Made by a program: the position numbers and the translations under genes. A stretch of 64,000 bases of DNA from Lama guanicoe. Taxonomy: Eukaryota. Location of the stretch: contig MU053810.1 in NCBI GenBank assembly GCA_013239625.1, positions 4,558,071-4,622,070 of the forward strand, written 5' to 3'. Positions within the stretch are counted from its first letter, which is position 1. The number at the start of each line of letters is the position of its first letter. Positions 40,701-54,645 of this stretch are shown here, in pieces. The notes below the pieces were generated by a model. It made no database searches and was not told where the DNA came from. It worked only from the letters and a program-made list of their open reading frames with translations.

Positions 40701-41152
40701 CTCCCCAAGTGTCCCCAAGTGTGAGATGAGGTCACTGAGGCCAGAAAGCTTAGGTGACTTACTCAGGGTCACAGCTCAGCCTTCCTGAGACTTCTACTTC
40801 CTTCTTGAGGAAGGGTCCGGAGGACATGGATAAGGCAGACTGGCTGAGGAGGCACAGGTTGCTAGGGCACGTGGCCTGATGGCGCCCCCGGGGCCCAGGC
40901 TCCTGCTTTCAGATGCTCCCCGGCCTGATTCAGGCCCTACCTCTGGACTCTTCTCGCTCCTTCGATGGGCCACACAGGGCAGCACCAGAAGCTGAAGGAG
41001 GGTCCCACCCAGGCAGCACCTCCCCAGGGCTCACGTGTCTCTGCGACAAACTCTGGTGACAAGTACACTCTGTGACAAGTGTTACAAGCCACACACATTC
41101 TGGATGGGGAGAGGATAGTGATTGCAGGGAAGAAGGGACTATCACACACCAA

Positions 41153-42057
41153 TTTTTTTTTGGAATCAAGCACCCCTTTTATCAGCACAAAATATCACCA
41201 ACCCAGCAACCCCAGGGCCTGAGAATAAGTTAAGGCACAGAGCAGGGAGGGGGCGACTTTTGCAGGCCCGAAGCCCGCATGCCCCAAACTTCTTGAGCAA
41301 ACTCCCCAGGGGATGGGGGCTCGAGGGTCCCGGAGGGGCTTTTCCCTTGAGATGAGGGTCCCAGGAAAGCCCTCTAGGGGCGCGAGGAGGCCGCACCGGG
41401 CCTCTCGGAGCCGACGCTGGATCCCGCCGTCCGCAGGCAGTTCACTTCTCGAAGTAGGGCGGGTAGAAGAACTGGAAGCCCCGGTGGCCCTTCACGGCAC
41501 CGTAGATGAAGATCACGTGGTAGACTCCCGGGACCAACAAGGGGAAGCCAGGCACGAGGAAGATGGCGCTGGAGACACCCGGCGATCGGGATCAGCACCA
41601 GCCCCGGCAGTAGGAGCAGGAAGGAGGCTAGCAGTACCCGGCGGTTCTTCTGGGTCAGAGGGTGTTGAGTCCAGCCGCAGCAGGTGTTGTAGGAGCGCTG
41701 AGTGCTGCTGCTGATGGTGCTGAAGGACCGCTGGGAGCTGCGGATGGATGTTCGGCCAGGATCCCTGGTGCTGACTCCCCATTCTGGCTCCGGAGGTGCC
41801 TGGGCTCCATCTTCACCATTTTCCAGGTTCTGGTAGTGCAGCCAGGACTGCTTGTTCTCGTCGGCCACCTCGAACCGGGCCCGGCTCTCTAAATGCAGTG
41901 GCCCAAAGCGGGCAACTCCGCTGGACTCAGGCCCAGGGCCCGTGTCCTCCAGGGACAGCTCAAAGGCATCATCCATGCTGAATTGGGGCCGGGAGGTGCT
42001 CATGGCCCTGGCCCACTCAGGTGCCCTGTGCTGTCGCCATCTGAGGCCGCCTGCCCC
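41153..42057 (-). pseudogene. TMEM134: TMEM134 processed retrocopy (5'UTR, CDS 42003-41442, 3'UTR, A9 tail)
   Basis: MSTSRPQFSMDDAFELSLEDTGPGPESSGVARFGPLHLESRARFEVADE...WTQHPLTQKNRRVLLASFLLLL. After a frameshift near 41580 it reads GVSSAIFLVPGFPLLVPGVYHVIFIYGAVKGHRGFQFFYPPYFEK*. Intronless; GATAAA followed by an A9 run (T9 at 41153-41161); degenerate TSD cacac..attttttt on both sides. Confidence 0.95.
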
Positions 42058-42209
42058 CACACTTGATTTTTTTATTTTGTTATCCATACCCCAAATGCAG
42101 ATACATGCATACAGACACATGGGACGGGATATTTGAAATCCTGACTGGCTTTGAAAATCCGAAGCCAACATTTGTATTATATGTAGGCAAATATAAAAAG
42201 GCAAATTTG

Positions 42210-42463
42210 CAAGGCCTCTCAGTTCAGTCCTGGACAGGTTTTTCCTCCAATTGTCCAGATACTTGTGCTACTAAATGTAAAAAGGGGTACAAGTTGTTTA
42301 TTTGATCGTGCAGTGCTTAATACCTCACACTCTTTAAATTGTCCATCTGTCTTTATTTCAAAAACCTGAACACAAGGCCAGCATATACTTATATTCAGTG
42401 TTGAATAATGAAATTTAAATGTTAGTAAAATAAAAATAATATACTTATGTTAAAAAAAAAAAA
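42210..42463 (+). pseudogene. Orphan 5'-truncated retroposed fragment (unidentified 3'UTR-like sequence)
   Basis: AATAAA at 42429-42434, A12 at 42452-42463, flanked by TSD AAAAAGGCAAATKTG (42195-42209 and 42459-42473, 1 mismatch) at a T/AAAAA site. Confidence 0.75.
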
Positions 42464-44280
42464 GGCAAATGTGTGAAAGGTCCAGGCTGAGCACGGGGAC
42501 CTGTGGCTGGGACTACAGTCTATTATTGAAGTTGAGTGTTATGGTAACTGAAACGAGAGCGGGCCCAGGGTGCAGACAGCACTCAGGAGACATCCTGTCA
42601 TCTGGGGGCTTACGTTTTAATGAGCCTTAGATGCCTGTCAGCATTATGTCATCACAAAAGTGATAGCTTTCTCCAGCAAGCGATCTTCCCCTCAAAGCCC
42701 AGGGCTCAGGGCAGCTCTGCAAAGGTGAACCACTGTCAGATTCTAGCAGGTATACACAGGGGGCCACTAAGCTACTTCTGCCCCGTTCAACTAGGATGAG
42801 ATTCCAGCCAAAGTCAGTAATCAGGGGACTGTGTTTGCAGGGGACTCTAGTTTTTTTTTTTTTTTAATAGAGTGATCCGTCTGTGTGTCTGTGTTTGCAA
42901 GTGTTTCAATAGGAAAATGAGAGCACAGATTTTTCACGAATTAAACTTGGGTGGTTTCTCATTGTCTTTCCTCACTGAAAGCGTGCTTGCCAAATTGCTG
43001 GGAATTACCCTAATAGGAACCCTGTCAAAATGCTTGGTGCTAAAAATGGGCCCTCCTTGAGGGGTCCCTCCTAGAAGTCCTGGAATCTGGAACTGAACTC
43101 TGTGCTCCCCCATCTCAGTCCCTCTGGGAGCCAGAGGCCCCATGAAGATGGCAGACTCACAGGGTAGCCTGGGGGTGGCTCCCGTGCTGGGTCCCACTTC
43201 CAACTGTCTACCAAGAGGTCACTCCCAGGTGTGAAGGAGGATGTTCTGTCTCAGCACCTCCCACCTCTCTCATCCCTTCTTCCCTGAGATGGAGAGAGAG
43301 GGGTGTGAGAGAAAAAGCAAAGAGTCTTATATTTCCTTCCCTGCCCCCAGGGCAGACCCCCAACACCCCTCACCCCCGACATGCACACACCCCAGGGCTG
43401 AGAGTCTTTCTCCTGCGAAACTGGATTCTGAGGGGCCCAACCATTCCATCTGTGTTTTGGCTCAGTCGCTCAAATGAGCCCAGATGTCTGACTTTAGAAT
43501 TTTCTCATGGCTTTAAAATTCGGTTCTGCAGCTCTGTCCCCGGCAGGGGACTGAGGGGCCTTCCTTGGGTTTGTTTTCCTCACCCTGTAAAGAAACAGAA
43601 AGATTTTGGCCTGGTCGGGAGGGCCTAAGCAGAAAGGGAAGCTAGTTGGAATCAAAATACTCTGGAGTGATAACCCAGATTCCGTGTCTGCGTGGTGCCA
43701 GCAGGAGAGATGGAGGCAGAGTCAGACCTCTTGGATGGATCGGGAAGGAGATGCAGCATCCGAGCAGGTGCGCCCCAGGTAGTGAGTTTTCATCCATCTC
43801 TTCCTTGGACAGGCTCTCTCAAAGTGGTTAGGGAGCCGCTGACTCGGGGAGACATCAGGAAAAACAAAGTATTTGTTGTAGTGTTCTTTCGTGCCATAGT
43901 CAGCATTTGACTTTGTAGTTGAAAGGCACAAACATATTTTAAAAAGATGATTTGGGGGAAGTAAAAGAGTCCACTGTCAGCTTTATCTAGACTACAACCT
44001 CTCCTCTAGACTCTGAAATTGTGCAGTGCTGGAATGTTGTATTCCTTACCTCGCCTCACCTGGTCTGTCTGTGGACACAGATGTCTGTCCTTTACCTAGA
44101 CTGCAGGACTGTCATGACGGAAAGAGAAGTCATGTTGGGTGCACTGTGTAGGGTGGAGGCTCAAAGTTCCTCTTCATAGAAGAGACCGAGTTACTGAGCT
44201 ATATGACCAAGTCACTCTTCAGGGTGTCAGTCCTGGGTGGTGGTTCTCAAAGCCACAGAACCAGTGTATCAAGACCTCTT

Positions 44281-44411
44281 TGGGTAAAGCTCAGTGGTAG
44301 ATTGCGTGCCTAGCATGCGCAAGGTCCTGGGTTCAATCCATAGTACCTCCATTAAAAAAAATTAATAAACTTAATTTGCTCTCCCTGCAAAAAAATAAAA
44401 ATAAAATAAAA
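44281..44411 (+). mobile_element. vic-1-like tRNA-derived SINE
   Basis: gggtaaagctcagtggtaga...gcaaggtcctgggttcaatccatagtacctcc, then an A-rich tail (aaaataaaa)n. Confidence 0.85.
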
Positions 44412-47400
44412 TGTCATTCCCCACATGACTGTTTATGGCTACAAAAGTTTATTTTCTAAGCTGGTTGTGTGGCTCCTGCCTTCCAAAGAGTCCCACAGAA
44501 GTGCATTCATTCTGCAAGTTAGCTGATCTCCTGTGCCCTGGTTTTTCTGTTGCTATGTTGGAAATGGGTCCTGAGTTCTAATTCTGTCTTAGGATTAGTG
44601 AGCACTTCTTTCCCTGGCTGTGAGGTGGCGGGTGGGTGATCGGGTGATTGGGAGGGAGGGGAGTGGTACATGAGAGGGGAGCCACCCCCCTGTACTGTGG
44701 GTGGAGAGACTGTGTTTTGGGTGAGGGTCTTCCAGGGTTGTCTGCCCAGGTGGGGAGAAGGAACTTCTGAAATGGTTCTGTCTCAGGCCAAGGTTGGGGG
44801 CAGCAGACTCGGCCTGGGATGAGGGATGGTGGGGCTGCTGGTTGGAGGCAGGGGTGCAGTGTCAGCATGGTGACTATCACCAGGGCCCTGAGGACAGACT
44901 CGGGGCCATTGATGGCTGGGAAGAGTTGCAGGGCCTACGGCCGTGCATGGTACATGGAAAGGACATTTATCTGAGCTAAGCCATGGGAAAAATCTAAGTT
45001 GAGAGACCTTCATTCTTTCCAGCACCTGAGCCAAGACACAGAAAATGGTTTGGCCTTAGGGAAATCTTGTTTTTGACATACAAGGACCCAGTTTCATAGG
45101 AGGACGAAACTCCTCAAAGCTTGTTTGTGTGCAGAAATATGGATGCGCGAGGGTCACTGCAGTGTATCAGGTCCATGTCACAGCGTTCAGCCCGGGCTAG
45201 TCATCACGGTGGATTCAGGGAGGAAAAGACAGCAGACGACCCAGGAATGGGGTTGTTATTGAAGAGAAGGCTGCCGGAGATGTGTGTTGTCTGCAAGTAT
45301 AGGAATTGCTCTGGAGAGGATTCAGATATGATTTCAAATGTCCAGAGAGAGCCACGCCTCACAGGAAGGAAAAGACTTTAAGGCAAAATATTGGTTGGCC
45401 CAGTTGGACAAGTTGCTGTGACAAAACATTGACCTCTGTGACCGATTAGGTAGATGGGTCGTTGCTGTTTCAGAGGCTGGATGATGATCTGTCTTAAAGA
45501 GTGAATATTTGTGGGAGTCCCAGCGGAAGGGGCTCGCAAAAGTGGGGGTTCTCCCTGAGCTGTCCTTAAGGCTAAGGTACCTTATTAATGTAGTCTTGGT
45601 AACTCTATCACGGATGAGGGCCAAGGTCCACTCCCGTGTGAAGTGCTCCCAAAAGGAAGGCTCTTCTCTCTGGGTCTTGGCACCTCCTTGAGCTGAAGTC
45701 ACCCATTCAGTCTCCCTGTGTCTCTGTCCCAGACACTCGTGATACGTGAATGTGAGCATGTGCGTGTCAGGGCCTCGCCCAGAGCCTGGCTCCCTCACAA
45801 CCTCCCTCATCCCCCTTTCCCACTCTCCATCTTCCTCCTCCCCCCACCCCGTGTGTGGAAATACCCACAGACAATTAGCATCTGTTTATACATTTAAGAA
45901 TCCCACTTCCTGAAGAACCATCCACTGCGTCACTGCATGTTGGTGGCTGTGAGGCAAGTGTCTGCATGCAGGTGGCTTTGAACCAAAAAGGTGCAAAAAT
46001 GCTAGCCCATTTGAGGGAGGAGAAAAAGCCTTGAAGAGAAGGTTTGGGACATTCCACTGCTCAGCTCTTGGGGGAGATGCTTGCCGTGCCGGGCTGCTTC
46101 GCTGTCCCCTGCCTGGGCTTCAGGGACCTAGGCTCTTACAGGAGGGACTCGGGGCTCTTAAAGGCCAGAACTTGTGTCCCCTTCCCCCACATCTGCCATC
46201 ACTGACTCATCGAAAGGCATTTATTAACCTCTTGATACCTTGCGTTCCAGCCCAGGGTAAATGAGCTGTTTATGTCCCACATGTGTCTGGGAGACTAGCC
46301 ATGAAGCATTTCTTCTTTTTAGATTTGAGGGGCTGTTTCCTTCAATGGAGTGGAGTTGTGGTCACAGTTCTATGGAGAGCTGCTAACGTTTTTTAGTAGG
46401 AAAATAATTTTTGCAGTCTATTGGAGTGTAGGTTTGGGAGGAGCATTTAAGGTTAAGTAGGGTGATCACAGACTTAGTGGCAGATACACTCCATCAGTCA
46501 GACACCTCACATCCATGCAGGCACAGGGTGATTTTTCTTTCTCTGCTCTGAGGTGAGCAGGCTGAGGAAAATGCACGTGACAAAGGTTAGAACTATAAGA
46601 GTGCTTAACGTTGTCTTTCCCTATTTTTGTTGTATTCTTGAGACACAGGGACAGGAAAAAATGCCTTTTAGAGGGATCTGCCAGCGAACACACACCCGGG
46701 TGTTAATTTAGGAAAGGGTGAGCAAGAGGAAACAGAAACAGATAAGTTCTGAGTTTATCCCATTGACACAGTTGTGTAAGGGGATGGAAGAGGGAATCTG
46801 TGATAATGTGTTGAATTTGTTATGCTTTCGAGGTTGAAAAAAAGAAGAAAAAGAAAAGCACGTACAGAACATTCCAGACATGACTGAGCTGTGGGTGATA
46901 ACCTACTTCCTTCTTCTCCTTCAAAGATTTGTTTGAGGCCAGCGGGGTTAAGGACCAGTACTATAAAAACAGCACAAGGCATTTGTAAAGACACACCAGG
47001 AGGGAACTATCCGACATGACATTGATTATCAGCAGTTTTTCTTAATTTACTCTGAACCTCCTATGGATGGCGTTGGCCTTGGTATTTCAGAGACATTGGT
47101 CATGGCCTTCGTAACTGATCTGGACTTGAAGACCTCACATCTTCGACCATAAGTCATGCTTAAAATTGGTCACACCCAAGGTTTTAGATCCACCATTTCA
47201 TTCAGGTCAAATAACAATCAGTGTGTATGAGAGTGGTCCTTTAGAAAATACTAGAAAATCGTTTGTAACTGACAAGATTGTGACTTTCACCCGCAAGCAG
47301 TTTGCATTCCTTAATCCACAGCCTCATGCAGTGTTCCATGTTCAGCCTTCCCCTTAGCTTGCTTTCCTGAGCTCTTGTCTTCATCCCAAGACAATGTCTA

Positions 47401-50400
47401 AACAAAGACTCTTCTTTCTTGAAGCAGCTCTCAGTGGGAAGAGTAGAGGCTGAAGAAACACTGGCCGTCCCGCCAGTGTTTTCCATCTTGATGTCTTCGT
47501 CTGACCCATCTTCCTGTGAAAGTTCTTTCTTCTTCTTCCCTTTTGTCCTCCATTCACTGAATAAAGAGATTGAGTGTCTGTTTCATCCTTGGGCACTGTG
47601 CTAGGCAATGGTCAGACCTCAATGAGCAAGATGCACAAAATTTCTCTCTTCTTAGCGGGCAACAAAACATTAAATAGTTAGAAAGACAGTGAGTGTTGAA
47701 AAAAAATGGTAAGGAATGTCAGATGAGGGGCTGACATAGTCTGTGGGTGGGATTGAGGGGTCAGGGAAGTCTGAATGAGGAGACCCAGAGAGGAAATCAA
47801 AGACCTGACCGCTAAAATGTATCTTTAGAGAGGAGGATGGAGAAAGCAATACAGCTCTAAAGGGAACGGGCAAAAGATGCTTTTTTAATCCAGAACATTG
47901 ATGCTACATTATATTCAATTCCAGATCTGTGCATCTGTGAAGACTGGTCATTTTTTATTGGTTTTCCAGATACTTCATCTTTTCTCTTTCTCAGATTAAC
48001 ATTACTTTTGACTGTTACACACTCAACAGCAGTGTCCCCCGTGACTGGATGACAGGAATTCTATCCCCCTCCCCACCACAAAGCTGCCAGTGTGCTGTTG
48101 TGATCATGTGACTGTCATTGGAGGTGAAAAGTTTGGAGTTGAAATTTGTCAGCTTTGATTACAGTGAGATTGAGTGATTTATGATTTTATGTTTTTCCTC
48201 TTCTTCATAAATATAATGAAATCAGTTTTCACTAAGCATCCACTAAGAGCCAAGAATTCATGTCACTGAGGGGAACAGAAAGATGAATAAAGATGATTTG
48301 TGTTCTCAAGGATCTTCAGTCTGGTGGCAGAGACTCAGCTCTATGGAGCAATAAATCTTTTGTGGGGAATGTGAGTAAGGCTTTGTCAGAATCCAGAGGA
48401 GGAGAGAGTTCTCCAGGTGAGGGAAAATGGAAGGACTTCAGACAGAAGGAGGTATTTGAATTGATTTTAAGAGAATGATAGACTGCTAATACAGCTAAAC
48501 AGGCTTTTTTATAGAGTCAGATTATTTTTGGAGTTAAGGCTTAACATGAGTAATAATGCTTTAAAGAGAGAAAAAGCACCAATGGAAGCAAACCTGTTTC
48601 CTTTTCATCTAAGTGTCATATTTGGTCTAGAAACAAGTTTGTATTTTGCTCAGTGCCGCCGGCTTTGTCTAACATTATGCAACAAATAGAATCTTGAAAT
48701 TTGGGTGTGGGTTGGACTTGCATAAATCAAATCGCCATTTCCCATTATCTTACATTTAATTAAAGAGTGGTGTTCCTTCTGATTACCTTGTAATTGGCAG
48801 TGTGGCTATTTCTTTAACTCTGTTTTCCCGCCCTAAAGTCCCCTTCCCCAGCAGTTAATCACCAGTGCCCTTAGACTAACAGTAAGTTAGTAGGGGTGAT
48901 GTTATTGGGGGGAAAAAACTGTCAGGGAGTAGGGGAAAGGATTCTGGTGCAAATCATTTGTTCCCTAGTTCTTTTGAGTAGAAAGGTCAGTTTTCTTATA
49001 TTGGATTTTCATGGGCGAACTAACAGTTCCTCGTGTCCAGTACATCTACAGCCTGTTACATTTGAAATTACTCTTTAAAGTGAGGTGTAAAACTGCACTA
49101 CGCTTTCTTCCTGCCAGTTAATTGACTTGTTAACTTCCTGCCAAGATTTGTCCATTTTAAAAATGATTGCTTTAAACATTCATCAAAAAGCATATAGCAG
49201 ATTATACTCTGGCAGAAGCATGAAGGCTAGTATTTGGATCAGAGCACTCACTCAGGGCTTATTACACTGAAGGCAGAATGAGTGGGGTCGGTTTTTTTTC
49301 TCGGAGAAATGTGGCTTTGGGACCAAGGGTTATTGGTCTTTGTTCTGCGCAATCCACAGAATAGGCGTGGTTCTGTGATATGTTCAAACAAGGCAGATAT
49401 TTATCAAGGGGCACTTCAAGAAATCGTAGAGTATCAAATGATCCCCCTCACCTAAATATTGGGACCCCATGCTGTATAAAATCTTAAATGAACCTCTATT
49501 CTGTGGTTGTAAGAGACTGAGAGAGGGCCCCTCATCTCTTCCCGACATGTCTCCGTCTGCTGTAGGCTCATGCCTACATCAGTACAGGTAGGGAAGTGAC
49601 TCCCCCACCATGGGAGAGGGCAGTGGGTGATGGAACTAGAACTCAGGTCAGATTACTGAGTTCTGGGACTAGGTCAACCTAAGTCAGTGATCTGGTCTGT
49701 TTCTCTAACTTCAGAAGGAAGATGTTGACAATGGAAAATCCTCAGTACACACTCAAAGGAGAACAATCAGTCTTCATCATCCATCTTCTCTCTTAGTAAA
49801 TCATTCACGTTAAATGGTGACCCTGGACCAATAACCAAGACTGTTGTTGATGGAAAGAGTTAAGTTGGGTCACTGATCACCATCCCTTCCAGCTTTGTGA
49901 CACTCTCATGGATTCTGTCCTAGGCGGTTCACACCCACCCTCTTAACAGGCTCCAGTAGCTATCTCCTTGTTACCAGTGGGATGTCAGATCAAATACAAA
50001 TTATCCCTCCATCATTTTAAAGGCACTTCCTGTGCACACACTCCATCAAAACAGAATACACTGTCATTACATTACGTGTAGTTGGACATCTTTGTTTTTT
50101 TCATCTTTTTGCCAATTAGCAAGCATGAAAAATAAAGGTTTTTACTACTTAAGTTAAGCTACTACATGGTGGTGAAGTGTAGCTTTGATTTCTTCTTCTT
50201 AATGAGACTGAAGAGCAGTCCTGGCATGTGCGTCCCCCCCATTCCCATTGTAAAGGAATATTTCTTTGAACTCCAAACCACAACATATAGCTATTTATTC
50301 TGCTGAGGGGAAATGGGTGAAATTGCCAGATTTCTATGAGAATTATAGGGTTTTCAAATCATTGTGGAGAAAATTACTGAGGTTCAGTGTTGATGGAAAA

Positions 50401-53400
50401 GACATATTGTTAATTTGCCTGTAATTTTTCTTATAATTGATACTTTGGTTCTACTTTCAAAGCACTTTTGAAGCTTTCTTTTCCAATTTGGCATCAACAT
50501 TATTTTTTTAAATGGCATTTAATTTTAGGATTATTTTCTATTTTGAATGACATAAAACATAGCATTCTGAAGGGGAAAATATTAATGCATTTTTGGGTAA
50601 GGAACTCAGTTCAGTTGAGCTCTGTAATCACTTCCCTCGGGATGCAATGTAGTGGTTATAGATACTAAAGAAATCTCCCAGTATAACCAAGCAACTGAAT
50701 CTTGATTGAGATTCCAGATCATAAGTGCTAATTTCAGCTCTTACAATAACCATTTCACTAGTCAGCACTGGCTTTTACTGACAAAGAATAAGGATAATGA
50801 AATTGTACACACACAGGCCTTTTAAAAACCTTCCCCTGTGCATCACCCACTCTAATGATATACATACTTCTTGGCCCCACTCCCCACTCCCCAGCCTGTT
50901 CACATGAGGTTTCATTCAAAAATATGACCTGGCCCCACACAAGATGAAATGGCCTTCATTGTCGGGCCCATGCCCAACTCATCTCTGTTGTAGGCTGATC
51001 ACAAGAAACACAGAGAGACCAAGGCCCATGGAGGTGCTTAGAAGAGCAAGAAATATGGTAGGAGGGGCTCTAGGCTGGGGAGGCAACCTGGCATTTCTCT
51101 ACCCTCAGTTGTATGTCTCCTGGCAATGGCATTAGAGGGTCCCTCAGGCCTCCTCCCTTCTCTCCACATTATCAGGGTCCCACTCCTGTAACAGATGGCA
51201 ATATGTTTAGGTAGTAAAATTAGATAAGAGGGCACCATCAGGAAAATCACTACTCACTCAGGGATGGAGGGAAGGCAGTGATGCTCTCACTATAGACCCA
51301 GGCTAGTGACGGGAGCCCCAACCAGGAGGCCAGAGGGCTCTACTCTAACAATCTCATCTATTGGAAAAAAGGTTCGAGTTTCATAGATGATGAAATGATG
51401 TCTGAGGTGTCTTCCAACTCTAAAAAGTCCCCGAGTGAAGGGTCGTCCTGAAGTCACACTCTAGGGAGCCTGACTTCACCAAGCCACCCTGTCATTGTTG
51501 AGAATAAAATATGGAGGTTGCCTGTCAAATTCTAGTCAAATTAAATGTATGTACACAAATTTTAGCCACCTTCCAGGCAAACTGAGATAGCTGTTAAAAT
51601 AGTAACAGATTTAATAATTGTGTTTGAAAATTTTTAATTATTTCTTTTAGGGTAAGTGTTATCAGCCATCTTGGAGTTTTAGCAGAGATCTGTTTTCACA
51701 TACTTTTTACTGATCCCTGTGACATAAATCATATTGAAAGGTTTTTTTTCTCCTTATGAGTTATTTGCCTAGAGGAAAAATTCCTAACTTTTCTTCTAAA
51801 TACATGCTAGAATAAAGTGTCCTTTGAAAAGTCTTAATGAAAAGAGCAAACATGGGAATAGCGTCCACCCCAATCCTTTCTTTGCGATCCGGGCTCTGAG
51901 AATGAGGCCTCTGACTGTGGGAGGAATGTCAGGGGACTCCCACTGTATTAAAGTCCACACCCTTCTGCTTCTTAGACAGTTGGTCTGTTGACTATTTATG
52001 GAGAACAGCCTTTGGGAGGAAAAAAAAATATTAAAAACGAGTTCATTTTCTATGAGTTATTTTAGCCACACTAAATAAATAAGAAAGAGAAGCTGGCATT
52101 TTCTTGTGAGTTGCCTCTTCCCTTTGCCTAGCTCAGGGGAGAAAGTAAGGATTATGTTTAGAAACTGAGAAAGTTCCCTGTGGTTACCTTCCAAGAGATT
52201 AGACTCTCACTAACTTACAAAGTGGGAACAGGGAAGAACACTTCAAAAATCATCATTGAATTAAGTATTACTCTCTCCTTCATCCCCCTTTCTCTAGAGA
52301 TATTCTTAGAGAGTCCATGCCAGGCATTAACAGTCTTCCTTGAAGCAAAATATACCCTTGCTACTTTGATGTCATTTTTTTTTCCTTTTTCAGTTCCCCC
52401 TTTTGGAGTACTGGAGGCAACTGATATGGCAGAATCTCTCACATCTAGCTCACTATCCCAACCCAGTGAGGATCCCACAGAAAGACCTTTTGCTTCCTTC
52501 TATGTGCACCTGTCCCACGCCACACTCTTAATTAGAAGCCCAGGTTGTCATTGAGAGGAGCACAGCGCATCCCTTTCCCTATCTCAGTTTGAGAATGTGA
52601 ATAATACTCCCAAACCTGAACATTTAAGATCTGGAGCCAGACTAGAACAGACATTTAGTGCAGTGAATTTTCCAGGACACTGCCAATGAGTTAGAAATAC
52701 ATACTTTAGACAAGCTAACAAAAACCACTAAAATCCCGTAAATAATAAGGTAATATGTTGTGTTCCACATACTACCAGAGTCATTCTCAACAGCCCACAT
52801 ATATATGAACTGATTTTATGCAGATCACTGGAAATTTCTGAATCAGGGGAAGACCTGAAGTGACTGAGGCTGATTTTCAGATAGGCCCAATAGCACTGGA
52901 TACTTAGGGGGAATAATGAATGCTTTTCAGGACTTGGCTATAAGGAAATTCAACTATTGATTACCGTAAAAAACTTGGAAATAGATTTGACAAAGTGGTA
53001 CCCAAATCAGATGACAGTGGTTACAAAGGTGTCAATACTGCGTTAAATAACTTTTACTTAGTCTGTATTAAGAAGATTTGTCTGTTTTTGTTCTAACAAC
53101 CAAGTTGTTGAAATTGAGCTTTCCATAAAAAATAGGTCTTGGAGAGCCATGGCGATGTGACATAGGCGGTGTAAGCACACTGTCCCTGAGTGGAAGCAGT
53201 GACCTAACGTTTCACGCTGCTTTTGTTAATGATCAGTTTTGCAGAGTGAGCACACATTCATCTTAGTTTGCAGAACAGGGAAGGTTAGATTTGAGGTCTT
53301 GAAGTCTTAACTGGCCCATGAGTATGCATAGTACATCCATGAAATCTTCATTTCCAGGAAGCCCATTTTGCAGGTGGTTAAGATGTGTAAACTTTTTTTT

Positions 53401-53630
53401 TTCAGGTGAAAATATACATTAGTTTAGCAGTTTATCATAAAAATTCTGATTAATTATGATTAAACATCACAAGTTATAAAGGTCTTTGTAAATACTATGT
53501 TCTCCTGTGTGAGCCAGTGATCAGAAATTGTGAAATTCTTAAAACAAAAAATAATCTGAATCTTCTTGGCTTTTTTCCCTCCAAGGCCTATTTTACACAC
53601 TTAGGACATTTTTGCTGCAATTTGAAAATT

Positions 53631-54275
53631 CAGTCAATTTTTGTTATTTGCAGTAGTTATGTTCTATAAAGTGGCTGCAAATACTGAATTAGAGAATACT
53701 GAATTAATTCATGTATATTGAATTTTCTGCAGGAAATACAGGTTAAGTTCCTGTCAGCCTCTGTTCACCACATTTTTGTCAACTAGTCAACACAAAGGCT
53801 TGTTGTATGTTGTTCTGTTTGAAAACACCTGTTGATTCATTGACATTGAACCCATGGCCACCAGCACTATAATTCATGCCTGAAGGACGCTTGTCTCAGA
53901 CACATATTTTGTCTGTAAAAGATCACAGCCTTCCTGCCCTTAGAAGCACTAGACAGAACTTCAGCATACTCAGGGGCCATTTTAAATAGTGAAATCATCC
54001 CCCCCCCAAAAAAAACCAGGAAAAATTCTGGCACTACATAGCCTGCAAAAAGGACACCTTTTTTATAGCATGAGCTGAAACAAGAAGGTAGATGATAGTC
54101 TTTTTGGACACTGGCTGGGACCATGCTCTACCAGCAACTCAAATTGTTCCTTGCTCTGCGCATGTCGGCAAATGACTGCCGAGGTGCTGGGAGTGTTAGT
54201 TTGGGGGTCACAAATGAACTTGAGCAAGTGGGCGAGTTTGTAAGTGCAGAATCTGTGAGTGATGAGAATTGATTG
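53631..54275 (-). mobile_element. MER82-like Tigger DNA transposon
   Basis: Inverted termini cagtcaatttttgttatttgc ... gtgagtgatgagaattgattg; internal gagctgaaacaagaagg and ctctgcgcatgtc; about 645 bp. Confidence 0.75.
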
Positions 54276-54509
54276 TATAATAATACGGTGGTTTCCAGGG
54301 TCCTTTTTTTTTCCCATTAAGCTTTCGCTTGAGGTGCAGGTAAATGAAGTACATTTTAAATATCTCACAATTTTATTGGTCAATTATACCTCAGTAACAA
54401 AAAAAGATTTGTTTTATGACCAGAAGTTAAAAAAAAATGCAGGTGAAATTGGTGCTTCTTGGCTGGCTTTAGCATCAGTGTAATTTTTTTTTTTGGCTGA
54501 TTTTATTCA

Positions 54510-54645
54510 TTTATTTTTTATTGAAGTATAGTTGATTTACAACGTTATATTAACATCTAGTGTACAGCTTAGTGATTCAATTACATATATGTATATATGT
54601 AATTGAGTATATATATATATTCTTTTTCTTGATAGACTATTTCAA
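54510..54645 (-). mobile_element. L1 3'-end fragment
   Basis: ttttttattgaagtatagttgatttacaacgtt...tagtgattca. Confidence 0.75.

Noticed and set aside
40376..41150. Possible longer 3'UTR extension of the TMEM134 retrocopy (acctgatttt resembles the right flank)
   Set aside because: The GATAAA, A9 run and degenerate TSD at about 41145-41161 explain the end better; cannot be excluded without alignment.
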